DNA from: the human T2T-CHM13v2.0 reference genome, Homo sapiens
Assembly: GCF_009914755.1 (NCBI RefSeq)
Contig: NC_060932.1
Direction: 5' to 3' (one strand)
DNA: 64,000 nt
Shown: piece after piece, positions 11,311 through 28,331 of the stretch
How positions within the stretch are numbered: the first letter of the stretch is position 1
Layout of the letters: each line of letters starts with the position of its first letter
Translations under genes and position numbers: made by a program
The notes under the pieces: generated by a model
Seen by the model: the letters and a program-made list of their open reading frames with translations, nothing else
Database searches by the model: none
What the model was told of the DNA's origin: nothing

Positions 11311-14300
11311 CGGAGAAGTTCTAGAGAACAGCTTAATCCTTAACCTTACTAACACTATCTAACTCACTGCTATCAAGTACTAGTTTAGCTATTAATAAAG
11401 TGATGCTTTGATTCTCCATCTTTTGTGAAATGTAAAGGAAGAGACAGAGAGATTAGTACAACAGGATTCAGGTATTCCTGGATGCCAGTGTTAATATCAA
11501 CATAGTAGTACTAAAATCTCCCCATGAAGCCCTAGCAAATGTTAAGATCCATATATTTTAATTTTAGCTACTAAATTACATGCAGTTAACTCACTTGACT
11601 TAAAGAAATGTGATATAACAATGGATTAAAAATTGGGAGACTTGATTTCTAGTCCTGACTCTATCATAAAATGCGTGCCTTTATACAAGTCAGTTTACTT
11701 GTTAGACTAAATCTCTTACTGAGCTTCTGGCTATTATTCTACATCCATTCCACTCCATCTTGCCTAATGCTGACATCTAGTGGATGGATACACTTAGACT
11801 TCATATTATAGAATGAAAAATCTTATTTCACCTATTTCTGTTGGGCCATGTGCAATGGATATAATAAATTAGGAGACCAATACTGTTCCTTACATGGAAG
11901 TGAAACACAATAAAATAGTATTAGATCAGATTGTCATGGTATCTTTGAATCTGATTCAAAGATTACTGGCACTCTTCCATGATTCCAGCCATTAAATGTT
12001 AAAAAAACCTCTATTACAGGAGGTAGGAAAAGGAAGAGTTTAACCACCAATGCAAATTACTGTCAGAGCCACATATTTAGACCATGAAAGCACAGAAACA
12101 CATCCTGCTACAATGGTTTGCATCAAGTACAGACAAAGAGTATGAGAAGGGCTAGTACAAAGGCTCAAGGCAAGTAATACAGAAGTTTCTGGAATGGAAT
12201 ATGATGGAAATATGCAAAACAACTCAAAATGACCTATTTTATAAGGACTTACTATGAAAGTTTCTCTTGAAAATACGTTATCATTAGACAAATATAGTAT
12301 TCTGAATTCATTTTGCAAACATTATTTTAAAATCTATGAATGCAAAATGAATTTTATTTCATGTCAACAACTCAAAAGAAAAGCCTGGTCACACAAGTCC
12401 ACTGTCACATTTAATTACCAAAATTGTCAGAATTTTTTTTTTTTGTGGAGTAGCATTCTGCTTTTAACTATGGCTTTCTTTATATATCATGCTGTAAAAT
12501 AAATATATGCCAATAGTTTCAATGATTACTTCTGGAAATATTTTATTTTAGAAAAGTTTCATTTCATTATATATTTCAAAATTACACTAGGCTGATGTAA
12601 AACGCAAGAGCAATGGGCACAATTGGGTGGAAGTGTAAACTACTATGAGAAGTTTGGGAAATTAGTCTGACATTCCTTCTGAAGTTCATGTGCAATATTC
12701 ACATAATGAACTATAATACTGTGCAAACAAATTAACTCCAGCTACATACGATAAAGATGAATAAGAGAACTATAATGCTATCGGCAAACTGTACACAATA
12801 TAATACCATTAAATCAAACATCATATTAAAGATACTGGTTATTTATACAGGGGGAGACAATCATAGGATTGGGCAACTTTAAAAACCTGAGAATTATTCT
12901 AGTTCCTCAATTAGCGGCGGATTTGTGGGAGTTTTATTTTTAGGCTTCACAATTTACAAATGAAGTATGCACACTCTTGTATGAATCAGTAATTTTGAAT
13001 GTTTAAAAATGTAAAGCCATTGATGCTCAGAGAACACGTATGTCTCACTGAAAGATGCCCAACAAAAAAGCTTAGAATGGAATTCAGGTACCTACCTCTT
13101 TCTAATACACATGCTACAACGCATGGATGATCAGTTTTTTAAAATGTATCATTATATAAGCCTCAGATACTTCTATATATTTAGCTTTTACAGTATCAGT
13201 GGTGGTAGTCGTTTTAAATCAAACAACATTTACTTAGCACCTGTCTGCCAATGGCTATGATGAATACTGAATATCTGGTGCTGAGGAATTCACAGACAAG
13301 TGGAAGAGACCAGACAAGCAAGTGTGGGTATGCTTTCATAAAGAAAAAAGCAAAGGGCATTCTGAACACACAGAAAAAAGAATACCTAACCCAGTCTTGG
13401 TAAAGTAAATAAAAGCTTCCCAGAAGGGCTGATTCTTAATTCTTTCTTGTTTGCTATTTATTTAAATTAGGAAGTAATTCCAACATAAAGTATAAAAAAA
13501 AATACTATTCACAGTCTGTCACCCAGATTAAAACTATAACAATTTAGCAATAGTTGCTTCAGATGGGCTACTTTTTTGTGTGTGCAGTTGACCTCCCAAC
13601 CTCTTTCAATCAACTTTCCTCCCCTCCTCTCTCACTGAAGATAATTAGTATCTTTTTAAAAAAATTATTAGATAGAGATGGGTTCTCGCTATGTTGTCCA
13701 GGCTGGACTTGAACTCCTGGCCTCAACCGATCCTTCCACCTCTGACTTCAAGTGCTGAGATTATAGGCATGAGCCATCACACTAGGCCTTTTTTTTTTTT
13801 TCCAGCATGGTTTCCTTGCCAAACATATTTTAAGATTTTTTACTCCAAAGGTATATATTCATCATAAACAATACAGTATTGTTCTGCTTTTCAATTTGCA
13901 TACGTGATATACTGTGCATTCTTTGAAAACTGGATTTTCTCACTCAATAGTTTTTAAAAATTATTAATATGTTCATTGTAGCTATTACATACTATTGGAT
14001 TATTCAAAGAAACCAGTTTATTCATTCCTCTACTGATTGACAATGAGATTATTTTCCACTTTTAAATATTAACAGTTATGCTTTACACCTCCATACACAC
14101 ACTACATATACTTAAGCTCATGTACAAGAGTCCTATAGGACAGCTGTCTGAAAATGAAAAGGCAACTGTAACTTTAATACATGGTGCTAAATTGCTCTCC
14201 CAAGTGCTTCCATCAATTCTGTTCCACAGGTACAAAGATTTCCTATTTCCTGTCCTCCAAAACCTCAAGTTTAATTTTTAGAGTCTGAAATGTCTCACTG

Positions 14301-14419
14301 ATGTTTAAATTTGTATTTTCTTATCAGTAAAAATGTGCACCTCTTTGTATTATATGTTTATGGGCCATCTGTGAAGTGTATATGCATTTCCTTTGTCACC
14401 TATGGTCCTTATTTTTCTG

Positions 14420-14840
14420 TTGTTTCGCAGCCCCACTCCTACCTTTCTGCACTGCTGGGGCTGAGAATGCAAATGACATTTCCCAGACATCTTTGCCAGC
14501 TGGGTTCCTGTTAGGAGGAACTGGAGGGTGAGAAGACAGGAGGAAGAGAGAAGTTACTGATTAGAACAGGCTAGCAGTTGTTGCAGGAGCAGTGTGAATA
14601 GTATCCAATACCCTAATTAGGGACAGGTGCAGCCTGTAGGTTCCAGCCTAGTGGTGGCAGCAGCTTGTCTCTGGTAAAAGCAGCATCATAATTTCTTATT
14701 TTATTTTTGCTACTCTGTTCTCTCCCTTGTTCCTTTTGCTCTTCCAGCTTTTCTAGTATCTTTGTAACCAATCTTCTATATTAAATTGTTTGAAATATCC
14801 AGAGTGGTAAGTTTTCCTAACTTAACTTCAACTGTCATAC
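14420..14840 (+). mobile_element. LTR33-like ERVL LTR
   Basis: catttcccagacatctttgccagctgggttcctgttagg...tatattaaattgtttgaaatatccagagtgg. Confidence 0.55.
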
Positions 14841-14899
14841 CACTCTTTTTTCAAACTGAGTGTTAGAAATATATATATATATATATTTTTTTAATTAAT

Positions 14900-15260
14900 T
14901 TATTTTTTTGAGACAGGGTCTTGCTCTTTTTCGCCCAGGCTGGAGTGTAGTGGTGTGCTCACGGCTCACTGCGACCTCAACCACCCTGGCTCAATCGATC
15001 CTCCCACCTCTGCCTCCTGAGTAGCTGGGACTACATGCCCGTGTCATCATGCTAGTGTGTGTCGGCGGGGTTGGGGTGGGGGTGGGGGTGGGGGTGGGGG
15101 CAGGGGCAGGGGGAATACTGTTGTTGTTTGTTTTTTTTTGTAGAGACAGGATCTCATCGTGTTGCCCAGACTGGTCTCAAATTCATGGCCTTAAGCAATC
15201 CTCCCCCACCCTGGCCTCCTAAAGTGCTGGGATTACAGGCATGAGCCATCATACCTGGCA
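14900..15260 (-). mobile_element. AluJ with a G-rich tract in its linker
   Basis: Diverged Alu arms separated by (GGGGGT)n at ~15065-15115. Confidence 0.85.
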
Positions 15261-15390
15261 GCTTTAGAAATTCTGGATACCACCCTTTTAATGCTTATAT
15301 ACAAGGCAGATACTTTCTTCTAGGATCTAACATATCTTAACTTTGTTTATGGTGTTGTTTGTCATAACAGTCCAGTTTTTCATTTTTCTT

Positions 15391-15702
<312 letters not shown>

Positions 15703-17026
15703 TCATTTTTCTTCATGGTCTGTGCTTACTGTTTAAATAATAATTCTTCAAAATTGCCTTATTCTTGCCCTTTTATTCACTCATGTGATTGTCAAATTCT
15801 ACAAAAAAATTCTGATGGGATTTTGATTTGATTTTGCATTAAATATATAATTGCCATCTCTATAATTTCAATCATTTTGTCATTTAATCTATGAATATGA
15901 CAGATTACATAAATTCATTTTCTGTTGCTAAACCATTCTTGCATTCCTGAGATCAAGTCTGCTTGGTTGGTTATTTATTTATGTATTTATTTATTTATGA
16001 ATAAATGAATGAGGGTGAATGAATAAATTTGAAACACGGTCTTGCTCTGTTGCCCAGGCTGGTCTTGAACTCCTAGGCTCAAGGAAACCTCCTACCTCAG
16101 CCTCCCAAGGTGCTACAACTACAATTACAGGCGTGAGCCACTGCACCTGGTTTATTTGATCATTTAAAAATATATATTCCTAGATTTGGTTTTGCTAACA
16201 TTTCACCTTGGATTATTTTGTAAGACTGACCTGTAATTTTTTTCTCTGTTCCTGTCTGGTTTTGCTGTCAAGCCTATTTTTATACATAGATTTTTCTATT
16301 ATTTAGAACCATTTATAAACAATACAATGTGTCAATTACTCAGTGAGTTTTATAGGAAAGTTCTTCCAAACATCTAAGAAGTCTACATCTGTTTCATTTT
16401 TGAAACTCCAGCCTAACAGACATTCTGTCACACAGCCAGTACTCAATAAATATTTGTCAAATTAATAAATGAACAATTCAAGTAAAAAGCAGCTTATTTA
16501 TCCAAAAAGAGAATACCTAAACTAAGGGCATCCCATAAAAAGAGTAGGTTTAGGTCAAATTAAACAAAGTGCAACTTAATAAATTAGGGACTAAGTTTAT
16601 GGAATAATCCCTTAGTCTTACCTACGAAGGGATAATTCAAATACAAGATCTATAAACATCAAGAAAATCAAGGACAAGGTTAACAGGCAAAGGTTTACTG
16701 CTAAAACATTAAAGCTGGCCTGGACAGCAATGATATTTTCCCACAATACTCTTTACCACCTCTGAGCTAATCTTCAATGGTGTTTCCCATGTTCTTATGC
16801 ATTATCGCAATGAGAGTTCAAATCCTTAAAAATCCTGATGACCAACAGTCATCTTCAGAAGTAGCAATTTTAGTTTTCTGTTTTTGCACAGAGAATAACT
16901 AAGGGCTACAGAGACATTCTCATCCATTACTTATAAACATGCCACCCACCTCCCCAGAGTGAGAGTCTCTGGTGCCTCTTCCAGTCACCAAACAGCAGCA
17001 AAAAAGCAAGGAACTTAAGGACCTAC

Positions 17027-17132
17027 TGCCAAGTAAACAGGCCTTGTGGCAGTGAAAGGATAAACTGTCCATCATTCTTTCTTCTCCTCGGAGATTTCAC
17101 AGGAAAAGGAGAAAGCGCAGGAAACAGGAGGC
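17027..17132 (-). other. Candidate 106-nt cassette 5'UTR exon
   Basis: atttcctttcaattgtag|GCCTCCTGTTTCC...TTACTTGGCA|gtaggt, in non-repeat sequence between the 39-nt exon and the coding exons. Confidence 0.4.
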
Positions 17133-17929
17133 CTACAATTGAAAGGAAATCTGCCAGAATTTGGCATATAGAAGTAAAGTGTCATTCCTAGTCACCTCAC
17201 TATGACTGAAATGGATAAGAGATTCTTAAAAATTGTTCTGCTTTCTCTCATAATTTGAGTTAAAAGATAAGGTATTCTCTGAAGTTAAGTATCCCTTAAT
17301 TTCTGGGGTTGACTAGGGGCTCTTCTCAACACTATAGTCACTGTGAAGAGTGAAAGACAACAGGCAGAATGGCTTTATATCCCATTACCAATAAATAAGA
17401 GAATCTCAGACCAGGAAGGGACCATTCACGGTCAAATGGAAGACTCACCCTTGACTATTTAACCTTAGTATGAATCTATTCTACAACATATCCACACCAA
17501 GTAGCCATCTCACCACTGCTTAAATACTCTACATGACTTAAATTTTAGACTTTGGTCAATTTTTAGAAAAATTTGTAGAAACTTAAGACAATGACTGAAT
17601 AAGCACAATTAAGACATGAATTCTACCCTCGAAAACCATACAATCCTTGTATTAAACTGAAATTCACCCATTTGTTAACATCTCCTCCTTGGTTTAAATT
17701 CTCTTTGGCCTCCTAGAAATAAACTAAACACAATCCCTGTGCTACTTAACAAACCATTAAATATATGAAGTATCTTACAACAACAGTCAAATGAGGTCAA
17801 AATAAAGTTACCCATCAGATTATGTATGTTCACATTTGCAAAGGTACAAACAAGACATCTCCTATCTAGTAATGCCAGCCAAGAATTTAGCTTCTGAGTA
17901 GAGTTTATAAGTGATTTTCTAGGTAGGGA

Positions 17930-18341
<412 letters not shown>

Positions 18342-19149
18342 CCAATCTAAAAATTTTTTTTAAGTTTTTTTGTTTTTTTTTTTTAAAGGAATACTCATCA
18401 CAAAGACCTTGTTAAACATTATAGGCTAAAGAACCAAGGGCAGTGGAAACTTTTTTCCCTGTGATCTTAACTTCTGTTTCCAAAGCACCCTGCAGAGGGC
18501 TTTGCATGACGTTAGTGCTAATGTTAAGTTAATAAATGAACGTTTATTGTGGCACATACAATTCATCCAAAAACAATTAAGAAAAATTTCAAGTGTTCCT
18601 AAAAGAAATTAGTACTAAAACTTCTAAGTTAGAAAAAAAATTTCACTGGAAAAAACTTTTTTAAGAAAAGCAGTAAGTATGTTATGGATGGTTGGATGCA
18701 GAAGCTAAAAGTAAAATAAATTTAAAAAAGAAAAATGTATGCTTATTAGGAAAAGAAGACGGATGTTAAGAAATGTTCTTAAATAGTTTTCAACAGTTTG
18801 TCAGGTCTTTCTGTTTGAGCCTTGTACACTAACGGAATTTAATACAAGTGAAATTACAAAAGGCACAAATGTTTTCCTGGTTCTTGAACTTAATTTAACT
18901 GAACTAAAATTAAAATCATTCTCTTAAATCTATCTCCTCCAGGCTTATCATAACCAAACAGAATACAAAAACATATTTTTCTTCTCTTGGTAATAGAATT
19001 TTAAAGATATGTACTTGAATAATTTTCTACATTAATAAATCAGTATCTCTTACAGTGCTAAAAAGAGTCCAGCAGAGGTCATTCATTTACATTCTGATGT
19101 TGCCAAGGAGGTGGTAATTATAACTGAATATATACAGTTTTACTTTGCC

Positions 19150-19444
19150 TTTCTTTTTTTTTTTGGAGTCTCACTCTGTCACCCAGGCTGGGGAGTGCAG
19201 TGGCAGGATCTCGGCTCACTGCAACCTCTGCCTCCCAAGTCAAGTGATTCTCGTGCCTCACCCTCCCAAGTAGCTGGGATTACAGGCATGTGCCACCAGG
19301 CCCGGCTAATTTTTGTATTTTTAGTAGAGACGGGGTTTTGCCATGTTGACCAGGCTGATCTCGAACTCCTGACACCTCAGGTGATCTACCTGCCTCAGCC
19401 TCCAAAGTACTGGGATTTACAGGCATGAACCACTGCACCTGGCC
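19150..19444 (-). mobile_element. AluS
   Basis: Antisense dimeric Alu. Confidence 0.9.
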
Positions 19445-19861
19445 TTTCATTATATCATTTTTTAAAATACAATTTTACTTCAGAAAGAAGTAAAATTTTA
19501 CAGCAGAAAGAGATCCCCCTCAGTAAATTTAAAAAGCAGGTCCCATAATTATTTTCAAATGACAAATGACAAGGCCAGGTATCTTTGTAAATAATTTTGC
19601 AAAAGCTGGTTTGTTTTATTTTAAAGGCTGATTTATATAAAATAGGAAGAAACCTATGTTTTCTTAATACTGTGGAATAAGCTAATTGTAAATGAAATGT
19701 TGAGATCATTATTAGGACCAAATGCAGTATGTGCATATCATATAAATTTTTTTAACTAAGTATGCCATTAATTATTACACCTTCTAGTTTCACAAAGCAT
19801 ATAAAAAGGAAATGTTTATATAAAGCAAAGTTCAAATCACTAAACCACTTTGAATTTTTAC

Positions 19862-20299
19862 TGTCAACCTACATAACAGAGAGAGGATCACAAAGAAAAG
19901 ATGTTTATTTCAGAACAGAGCATTGCAATAGGAATATGCATAACATAGTAAACTATGCCATACATATTCAGGGAGGTAAAGGAAGACAAAGGTTTTTAAA
20001 GGAGAAACAAGGGTTATATAATAGTTTTGAAATAAATATCCTTAGCTACAAAGATCAATAACAAGGGTGACACCAGTTGGAGGCTGAACAGGCAGTTGCT
20101 GGGCAGATGTCCTTGCAGAAGTACTATTTTGTGTAAGGTGGTGATGGCCTTTGTGTAAGGATATGGTCTTTGTAGTCTCTTTCATTATCAGGCATACAAG
20201 TGTGAGAACACTCTCTTCACAGCCTTCCCTGGCTCTGTACACAGCTTCCCTGGGTTTCCTTAACATTAGTAACTCCATTTTGATTCTGAAGACTTTCAC
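19862..20299 (-). mobile_element. MER34-family ERV1 solo LTR
   Basis: Minus strand begins gtgaaagtcttcagaatcaaaatggagttactaatgttaag and contains cttctgcaaggacatctgcccagcaactgcctg. Confidence 0.7.
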
Positions 20300-20967
20300 T
20301 ACCACATGTCTAAAGGTGCTAAAAAAACGGAGAAAGGGGATGACAAAGGATAGAAAATCTGAGCCCAGACTAAAGGGTTTGTGAAATGACTTGAACGAGC
20401 TCAACTCCCTAATTTTATGAAAGAAGGGAAATAAAGACTAGAGCAACCTGGTGACTTGGACAAAGCAGCAAATGAGTAAAAAAAAAATGTGGGGCTTAAT
20501 CCACTGACTCTGGCAGTGCAGCTTTTGAGAACCTCTTTAAAACATGGCATCAGGGCCAGATGACATCAAAAGAATTAAGTACCACCACAACAAAGGAAAC
20601 AAAAACGAAAGTCACGTTCCCAACTATGTCCCCTTTGAAATGATTGTTAATGCTGTTTTTGCTGTTAATCAAACTTTAACAGACCTGACATTCAATTTGT
20701 AGTCAGTGTCAGCTGCTGGGCAAACACTGGGATTCGGGGACATCATTCTAGGCTCTTTCTAGATCAGGCTGAAACTTACCACCGTACAGCTTATACTACT
20801 GATGGAACTGCAAAACAGCTGGTGACTTTCTGCAAGTCTCTACCTTTTTCTTGTTTTCAAAACACAATTATCAGAGCACTACTATTCGTATCTTTCCTAT
20901 GGCAATGATGGCGTTTCTCTTCTTAAAATTTTGGTGTCTCATACTGATATTTGGGTTTTGGGAGGGT

Positions 20968-21792
<825 letters not shown>

Positions 21793-21879
21793 GTAACTAC
21801 TTAAGATTAGTCATATAGAATGTGAAAAACTACGCTTACTGAAGTATGATGGAGAAAGGTCTAGCTGAATTTTCACTAA

Positions 21880-22390
21880 CTGAGGTTCTTAATATGGGGA
21901 GTCCATAGAGAATTCAGGGATCTGTGAATATGGATGGGAACCTTTTCACTAACCTCTATACAAAAATTAACAATTCCTTCAATCAAGAATATTAGTAACA
22001 AACTACAGTAGTATTAGAAAACCTATGAATTTGTCATTAATAGAAACCATGGGTATTTTTGTATTACAATTTTTGCACACAACATCTATTTAAAATTATG
22101 ATATATAGTATATTTACTCCTAATGCTTATTCTCTAACATGAGAAACACACATATTAATGTAGGAAGCACACATATTAATGTAAGAAGCACACATATTAC
22201 TTATCACAAATTTGTATTTAGTATTTGTTAATGGCTTTTCAATGTAACGTTTCCTTCTTAATCCTATGTAGTTTACTTCATACAATCATGAATCATTATT
22301 AGAATCATTATTCTGAGGCAGGATTCATAGGCTTCATAAGATTGCCAAAGAGGTCCTTGGCACAAAAAATACTCGTTAAGAACCTCTGAA
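21880..22390. mobile_element. Charlie4-like hAT DNA transposon
   Basis: Termini gaggttcttaat / gttaagaacctctg; contains three copies of a ~20-nt unit (agcacacatattaatgta) at ~22140-22200. Confidence 0.55.
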
Positions 22391-22474
22391 CTGTAAAATA
22401 CAGAGTAAGCAAGGTGATAACAATTCTGAAGGACTGTCATAGAAGTAACTGTTGTACCAGCTCTAATAAAATGA

Positions 22475-22917
<443 letters not shown>

Positions 22918-23590
22918 GATGAGCTAGTTTTGAAAAAATATACTCTGTTTATAACTAAGAAGAACACGGAAAGGGATTTTAAGCTAGTCATTTTCACTTA
23001 AGAACACAAAATCTGCCTGTAAAAAAAATTACATTTTGAATACTTAATAACTTGTTATAATTAAAACAACTGCAGGATTACAAATGTTTCAGTACTCAGG
23101 ACCCTTTAACAGTAACTACCTTTTATGGTAACGATTCTTTGTTTCTAAAAAATTTTTTTTTAAAAAAAGGACCAAAACCAGTAACAGATAGAATTCTTAA
23201 GATTATGTGTAAAGTGTCTTCCCTTCTGTTTTCAATGAAAAAAAATATATATGTACACATATATACTTTAAACTACTAAAATTATGGCTTAGAACTTTCT
23301 TGATCAACTATACTGGTGACAGCTAAAATGACTTAATTCAAAGGAAAACACATACCTCTCCTAAAGAAAGAAAGCTGTTAAAAAAAGTTCTAATTAATTT
23401 ACATTTTCCCCACCAGGTCCTATTCTAAGCCAAAAACTAAACAATCAATATTTCCTAACAACATTTTTAGCAACTCAATATTGTGTATAGAACATTTCCC
23501 TTAAATTATATATAGTTAATATAAGTTTTTATTGAAATCATAACTTTTCATTTATATTTGAATAATCATTTCCCCCAAAGACATATTTAC

Positions 23591-23629
23591 CTTCAGCCAG
23601 TGCTGGTGATTCTGTCCTTGTCCTTCTAT
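23591..23629 (-). other. CYRIB: 39-nt 5'UTR exon of CYRIB
   Basis: ttttttctttccttaaacag|ATAGAAGGACAAGGACAGAATCACCAGCACTGGCTGAAG|gtaaat. Canonical splice sites; matches the recalled FAM49B mRNA segment just upstream of the ATG exon. Confidence 0.88.
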
Positions 23630-24479
23630 CTGTTTAAGGAAAGAAAAAAAGGAAGAAAGTCTAAAACATTATTATACTTTAAAACAAGTTTTTATTACAG
23701 TTAACTTTAAAGTTTACGAATGCCATCATGCACGTGCACATTTTATACATACACACATATATTTATTTATTTCCTTGGATTAACTCAACCACCATTTATG
23801 GAGGACCTATTTAGAGTAAGGCATCATATTAAGCCCTGGAAACAACAATAGGTAAGACAACCCAGTTGTCACCGTCAACATACTCAGAGAGTAAAAAGTG
23901 TACGAAGACAAGTACACAATTCTCATCATAGCTTATTAAGCAAAGGGTAAGAAAAGGAAAGTTAGTTATTCCTCTTTAGTCTTACAGCAGGGGCCTAAAA
24001 CTATGAAAAGAGGCATATTTATATTTCTTATCACAGTTTAAGTTCATTCAGTTTCAATGTATTAATAATCAGTTTTACTCAAGGTATTAAAATCCTTATT
24101 CCGTGACCATAACCTATTATTTGCCAGGGACACATTTGGCAAAATTCAAGTGAACCACAAAGCCCTCTCTAGGATTGGTTTTATTATTTCACTCATTCAT
24201 TCATTCATTTCTGCAGAGAGAGGGTCTCGCTATTTTGCTCAGGCTGGTCTCCAATTCCTGGTGCTCAAGTGAGCTTCCTGCTTTGGCCTCCCATAGTGCT
24301 GGGATTACAGGCATCAGCCACCATGCCGGGCTTGGTTTTACTATTTCAAACACACAATTTTAGGTAAAATGGAATCTTCAGAATGAGTATAACTTTGCAA
24401 ATAAGGTTATAAGAAGCAAATAAAGACATTAACCCCTTGGAGAAGAAGGTATGGATCACTCTATCAGGAAAAAGCCTCA

Positions 24480-24920
24480 TGTTTTCACTCTAGCTGAGGT
24501 ACCTCCTCCCGATTGTACTATCTGTGGTTCACTTTCTGCTCTGGGGCTTTGCAATAGGAGACGTCTACAGGAATTCTTCAGCTATCCAGAGATATAAACA
24601 AACCTGAAAATTTGAAGGTGTTAACACCATGGGCAACCCTTGACCAACGAGAGATGGGATCTAGCAAATAAATACCACCTTCTTCCCAGCAAAAGGCATA
24701 TCTTTATTGCTTTCTCACAGGGCTTCCTCAGGATCAAGCCCCAGTTGCTCACAGAAGTGAGCAGCTCAATAACGCACCCTTGGATTGGCGTTCCCTCTTT
24801 CCTAGTTCACTTGTTCCAGTCCTTCAACTTCTGTTTCTTGCTAACAGGTGTGCAAATGAATTACCTGTAAGAAAGCACCCATCTCAGTTTCTGCTTTTGG
24901 AGTGAAACTAGGTCAAGACA
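24480..24920 (+). mobile_element. LTR16-type ERVL LTR
   Basis: ggcaacccttgaccaa...aagccccagttgctcacag...ctcaataacgcacccttggattggc...ctcagtttctgcttttgg...aagaCA matches the recalled LTR16 layout. Confidence 0.65.
24778..24864 (-). other. CYRIB: 87-nt alternative 5'UTR exon of CYRIB, within an antisense LTR16-like element
   Basis: gctttcttacag|GTAATTCATTTGCACACC...GGAACGCCAATCCAAGG|gtgcgt. No ATG; resembles sequence recalled from some FAM49B mRNAs. Confidence 0.7.
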
Positions 24921-25439
24921 CTTGATTTCCACAATACCATAATCCCTTTTCATCCTACCTCACTGGATGCTCCTTCTTAATTTCGACTACGCTTTCTTGC
25001 ACACCCCATATTCCACCCAAACTCTCACTACCTAAAATCCTTGTGCCTACTATCTCCTACTAACTCAAGGCAGAAGATTCTGTTGCCTGAGCATTATCAG
25101 ATCTACTACTACTTCATATTGAAGAGACTAGAACAGAGGTTGCAAAAATGCATATGGAGTTGGCTGGCTGAGGCCACCTTAGGTAAATGTTAACCAGGCA
25201 AATAAACGTGTGTGTTTATCTAAATGGTGCCACTGCTATCAACATGCCATGCTAAAAATACAGGTGATACAGAGCTCAATATCCATGTAAAACAGATTTT
25301 AGACATTAGCAACTAATGAAATAAGTCAGACACTCAACAGGCCAAATGAAACAGTCTAAGGGCTATACGTGCATGAACCACCAGTTTGCAACTTCTGCTC
25401 CAGAACCTCACGTTGTCTACAATTTATTTTTTAATTAAT

Positions 25440-25777
<338 letters not shown>

Positions 25778-26196
25778 TCTTTCACTTTTCTCTATGAGTT
25801 AGTTCACAAATGGGAGTCACGTTCAAAGCCTAACTGTTCTAGCTTTTCTCAAAAGCTTGCCTTGGATCAATATTACTAGAAGTGAAATGAATAAACACTT
25901 TTTTTGCTTTTTCTGCCGAAGATAAAACTTCCTTCCCTAAGGCCCACTGCAGGCTCCCAGAAATAAACAAAACAAGTGGCTTGACTGACCACTTTTATAA
26001 ACCACAGCAGAAAAACCAGTGCCACTTTGCATAAAATCATGGGGGAAAATTCAATTATTTATTCTTAATAAATCAAGACACAATAAAACACTTGTAACTG
26101 TATTCACCCTTAGAAATCAAATATCAGGTCATAAATAGTAAATATTAATTAATATTTAAATTGGATCATCCAGGCACCTAAAATCTACAAACCTAG

Positions 26197-27902
<1,706 letters not shown>

Positions 27903-27998
27903 AAAATTTGCTGGCCTCCAGCAAGACATGAGTTATTACTTCAGACCATTCTGTCAACCATGTTTACAGCTCTGTAGTATTTCAAATGATGGTACCTA

Positions 27999-28331
<333 letters not shown>

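Noticed and set aside
19455-20404. Several 77-120 aa ORFs
   Set aside because: AT-rich intronic or MER34-LTR sequence with no homology or exon structure I can support.
22140-22200. Three direct ~20-nt repeats
   Set aside because: A simple tandem duplication inside a DNA transposon, with no spacers; not CRISPR-like.
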